Source: Lingula anatina
Lineage: Eukaryota > Animalia > Brachiopoda
Length of the DNA: 64,000 bases
Direction of reading: 5' to 3'
Assembly (NCBI GenBank): GCA_051362555.1
Contig: CM120649.1
Coordinates: forward strand, 2,480,001 to 2,544,000
Positions within the stretch are counted from its first letter, which is position 1, and every line of letters starts with the position of its first letter. The notes under the pieces are model-generated. The model saw only the letters and a list, made by a program, of their open reading frames with translations, had not been told where the DNA came from and made no database searches. Of the stretch, positions 61,554-64,000 are shown one piece after another. Made by a program: the position numbers and the translations under genes.

Positions 61554-63436
61554 CTACAATTTAAGTAATATGACAGACATTACCAAGCAACATCATTTTT
61601 ACCAGAAAAAGAGAGAAGTATTACAGCGAAACTTTGTGCATGAACATTATTTGTTAAACACATAATCATGGATATTTCTGAAATTTTAATTGTTATATTG
61701 GAAGGTGATGATATTGGCTAAAAAAACTATTAGTTATAACATAATGGGAGAGTAAAATAATTCATTATGTACGTTTAAATTCGACACACTAACCAATTTC
61801 ATGCCGAGGTTCAAAGCGACAACAAAACCAATTTAATTATTTATTTTACTATTTTTTCGCACTTTTACAGTCAAGTTATACTACTGTATTATAAAAATAT
61901 CATAATATATTTGAGCACTGATACAGTTTAATGTGTTTCTAAAAAAGGACACAGTACGACAAGTGATTTTACCTTCAATGAATCAGATGTACATGAAACA
62001 AGCTTGTAAATAAATGCTTTTAAAAATATCATCAGTAATACCAGTATTTACTGTGAGACCAGCAGGTATATTGTAACACTAACGTAAGCGCTGGGACATA
62101 ATGGTTTTACCTCCAATCACCGCGATATCCACATGAAGGCGGATACAAGTCACCGTTATCGCGTCTCCTCACACACTACACGTGGATTAGCTACTTGGAC
62201 CTGAGGTCACACCCTCAACTCAAAAAGTAAATGAGCAATATTTTCTTTTTATTATTTCTTTGATATCCTTCTTTTCATGTACAAATACGTGAGTTTAGTT
62301 TGTGATTTTACAGAAAAGGAAAAATGAATTGCTGACTGCCATTACATTATACAGTAAAAAACTTTAATGGGCGTGTGACTGGATATATGGGCTAACAAAA
62401 TAATTTGATTGCGCAGTTTGTGTTATTTATCTTTTTAGATTTTTTAAATTCTTCCTCCCCAACTTTTCATTAGAAATGCCATTTAGAATCAAATGCATTT
62501 CACCTTTAAATCTGAAATAAGCACTGGAATGATTTTGAATATTAATAGCACATTCTGAGACCACCACGTTGTCAGAATTATCATTAAAAAGTATATTTAT
62601 TCCACGTTGTACATGTCACTGAACGGCGACAGGTACACCATTGCGCATTTGTTCAACAGATATCCTAACTCGAGGGAAAGGCCAGCTCAGATTGGCAGAA
62701 TGGTCAGTGGCAACGGCTGATTGAAAACTGTTCAAAACTTGACCTTCTTAGCTAAATTATGACAACATTAAAGATACATACAAAGTCAATTTTTTGTCAC
62801 AAAAACCAACCAAATGCCAGCATATAGTTTCAAGTAGTATAACTAAGAGAATTACCAAAAGGCATTGTTTAATTTGACCCGAAAATGATGTTTGAACAGA
62901 TTTTTCTGCTGGCATTCTAAGCTGTATGTCAATGGGGCGGGAAAGTAGGTCACGAAAATAGGTTACAACCATAAAAATTTACAACCATAAATTTAAAGAA
63001 AGGAGCAGTCTAAAGGTCTTTTATGGCTGATCGAGTGATAGATTCAGTTTTTCCCTTGGCATGTCGAATTTATTTGAGTCATATAAGAATCTAGTAGAAG
63101 TGGTTTACATGTATTATTGGGATTCCACACTCCATCGACGCTCGGTTCGTATGTACCTTTAAAACAAATTTTCCTTTCGTAAAAGCAATTGACGGGAGTT
63201 GGCCGCCGAGTTCATTACAAAATGTATTTAGAGGATGTGATAGTATTTAGCTTTATTCGTTTGAAGGGGTGTTTTACGGTGAAATGAGAATTTTTTTCTC
63301 TCGGTATGCATGTAAAACTCTACACTGCCACCCTCTGACGACATATGCCATGAACACCTATCACTGAGGCTCCAGATGTTCTGGGATACATCACTCAGGT
63401 GACAGGGTATTGTCCCACACTTACCTGTATCTCACA

Positions 63437-63540
63437 TATATATAAGAAGTCACATCCGTGGCAGTCACACCCACCAGTGTGCTGAGAACGCCACCGGACC
63501 ACACCCTCTCGCTCTCTCCTTGTTACTTAGTCAGGTAAGT
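63437..63540 (+). promoter_or_regulatory. Putative core promoter and non-coding first exon of the SH3BGR-like gene
   Basis: TATATATAAG at 63437, GCAGTC at 63461 and consensus donor CAG|GTAAGT at 63535, with an acceptor ending at 63960. Degenerate homologues occur at ~32010-32116, ~39855-39961 and ~46520-46585. Confidence 0.45.
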
Positions 63541-63976
63541 GAAATATTATACAAATAGTATACAGTTTGTTAATCATAAACAACATTACAGATGATACAA
63601 CACGGTGTTCTGTAAACTACGGTTTTATATCATAACTAACGCAATAATGGAAAAGACCGACTGTCGTGAGTAACATATACATGTATGATCGGAGTCGAAT
63701 TACCTTTACCACCAGTTCTTTCATATTGTATTGAAATTGTGGTGTCGAGCGTCGATGAAATCATGAAAATAATCTCTCTCCATCTCCCCTCCCTTGTTCC
63801 TTCTTACTCCGCTTCTCTTCCTACTTCTTTGACCTCTCTCTCTCTCTCTCTCTCTGTATTAGATTTAATAAAAATATACTCAAAAGGGCTCCGATGAGAC
63901 TCAACATCCGACCATTGTATGCGAGATACAGATAAAAGCTATGCCCCCATGTCTTTCCAGGTTGCTGTAGTACGCC

Positions 63977-64000
63977 ATGAAGACTGCCTCCGTTAGCTAC
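63977..64000 (+). CDS. Start of another signal-peptide SH3BGR-like gene, truncated by the window end
   Basis: TCTTTCCAG|GTTGCTGTAGTACGCCATGAAGACTGCCTCCGTTAGCTAC is identical to the corresponding sequence around 43304-43352. Confidence 0.7.

Overview
Eukaryotic, AT-rich, invertebrate-like genomic DNA; the taxon cannot be fixed from sequence alone. The window is a patchwork of tandem segmental duplications carrying two interdigitated + strand gene families. (1) Seven intronless TRIM genes (RING, B-box1, B-box2, coiled coil, NHL beta-propeller, no filamin domain). Copies 1, 5 and 7 are intact, copy 4 is open with a 25-aa in-frame insertion, and copies 2, 3 and 6 are disrupted by a nonsense codon, a MITE insertion and a 5-bp frameshift respectively. 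Their N-terminal halves are highly similar, while short loops at fixed positions of the NHL blades are hypervariable and shared in mosaic fashion, as expected of a diversifying intracellular recognition and ubiquitination family. (2) An SH3BGR-like (thioredoxin/glutaredoxin-fold) family. Its one complete CDS (43329-44099, two coding exons) has a spliced-on signal-peptide-like exon, unusual for this normally cytosolic family. A second copy starts at the right edge, and there are about nine degenerate or truncated relics, three abutting TRIM promoters. Several recent non-autonomous DNA transposons (one with a RecQ-like helicase fragment), L2/CR1-like LINE relics, a 27-bp minisatellite and microsatellites are also present. 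The array probably extends past both ends. All comparisons were made by eye; no searches were run.
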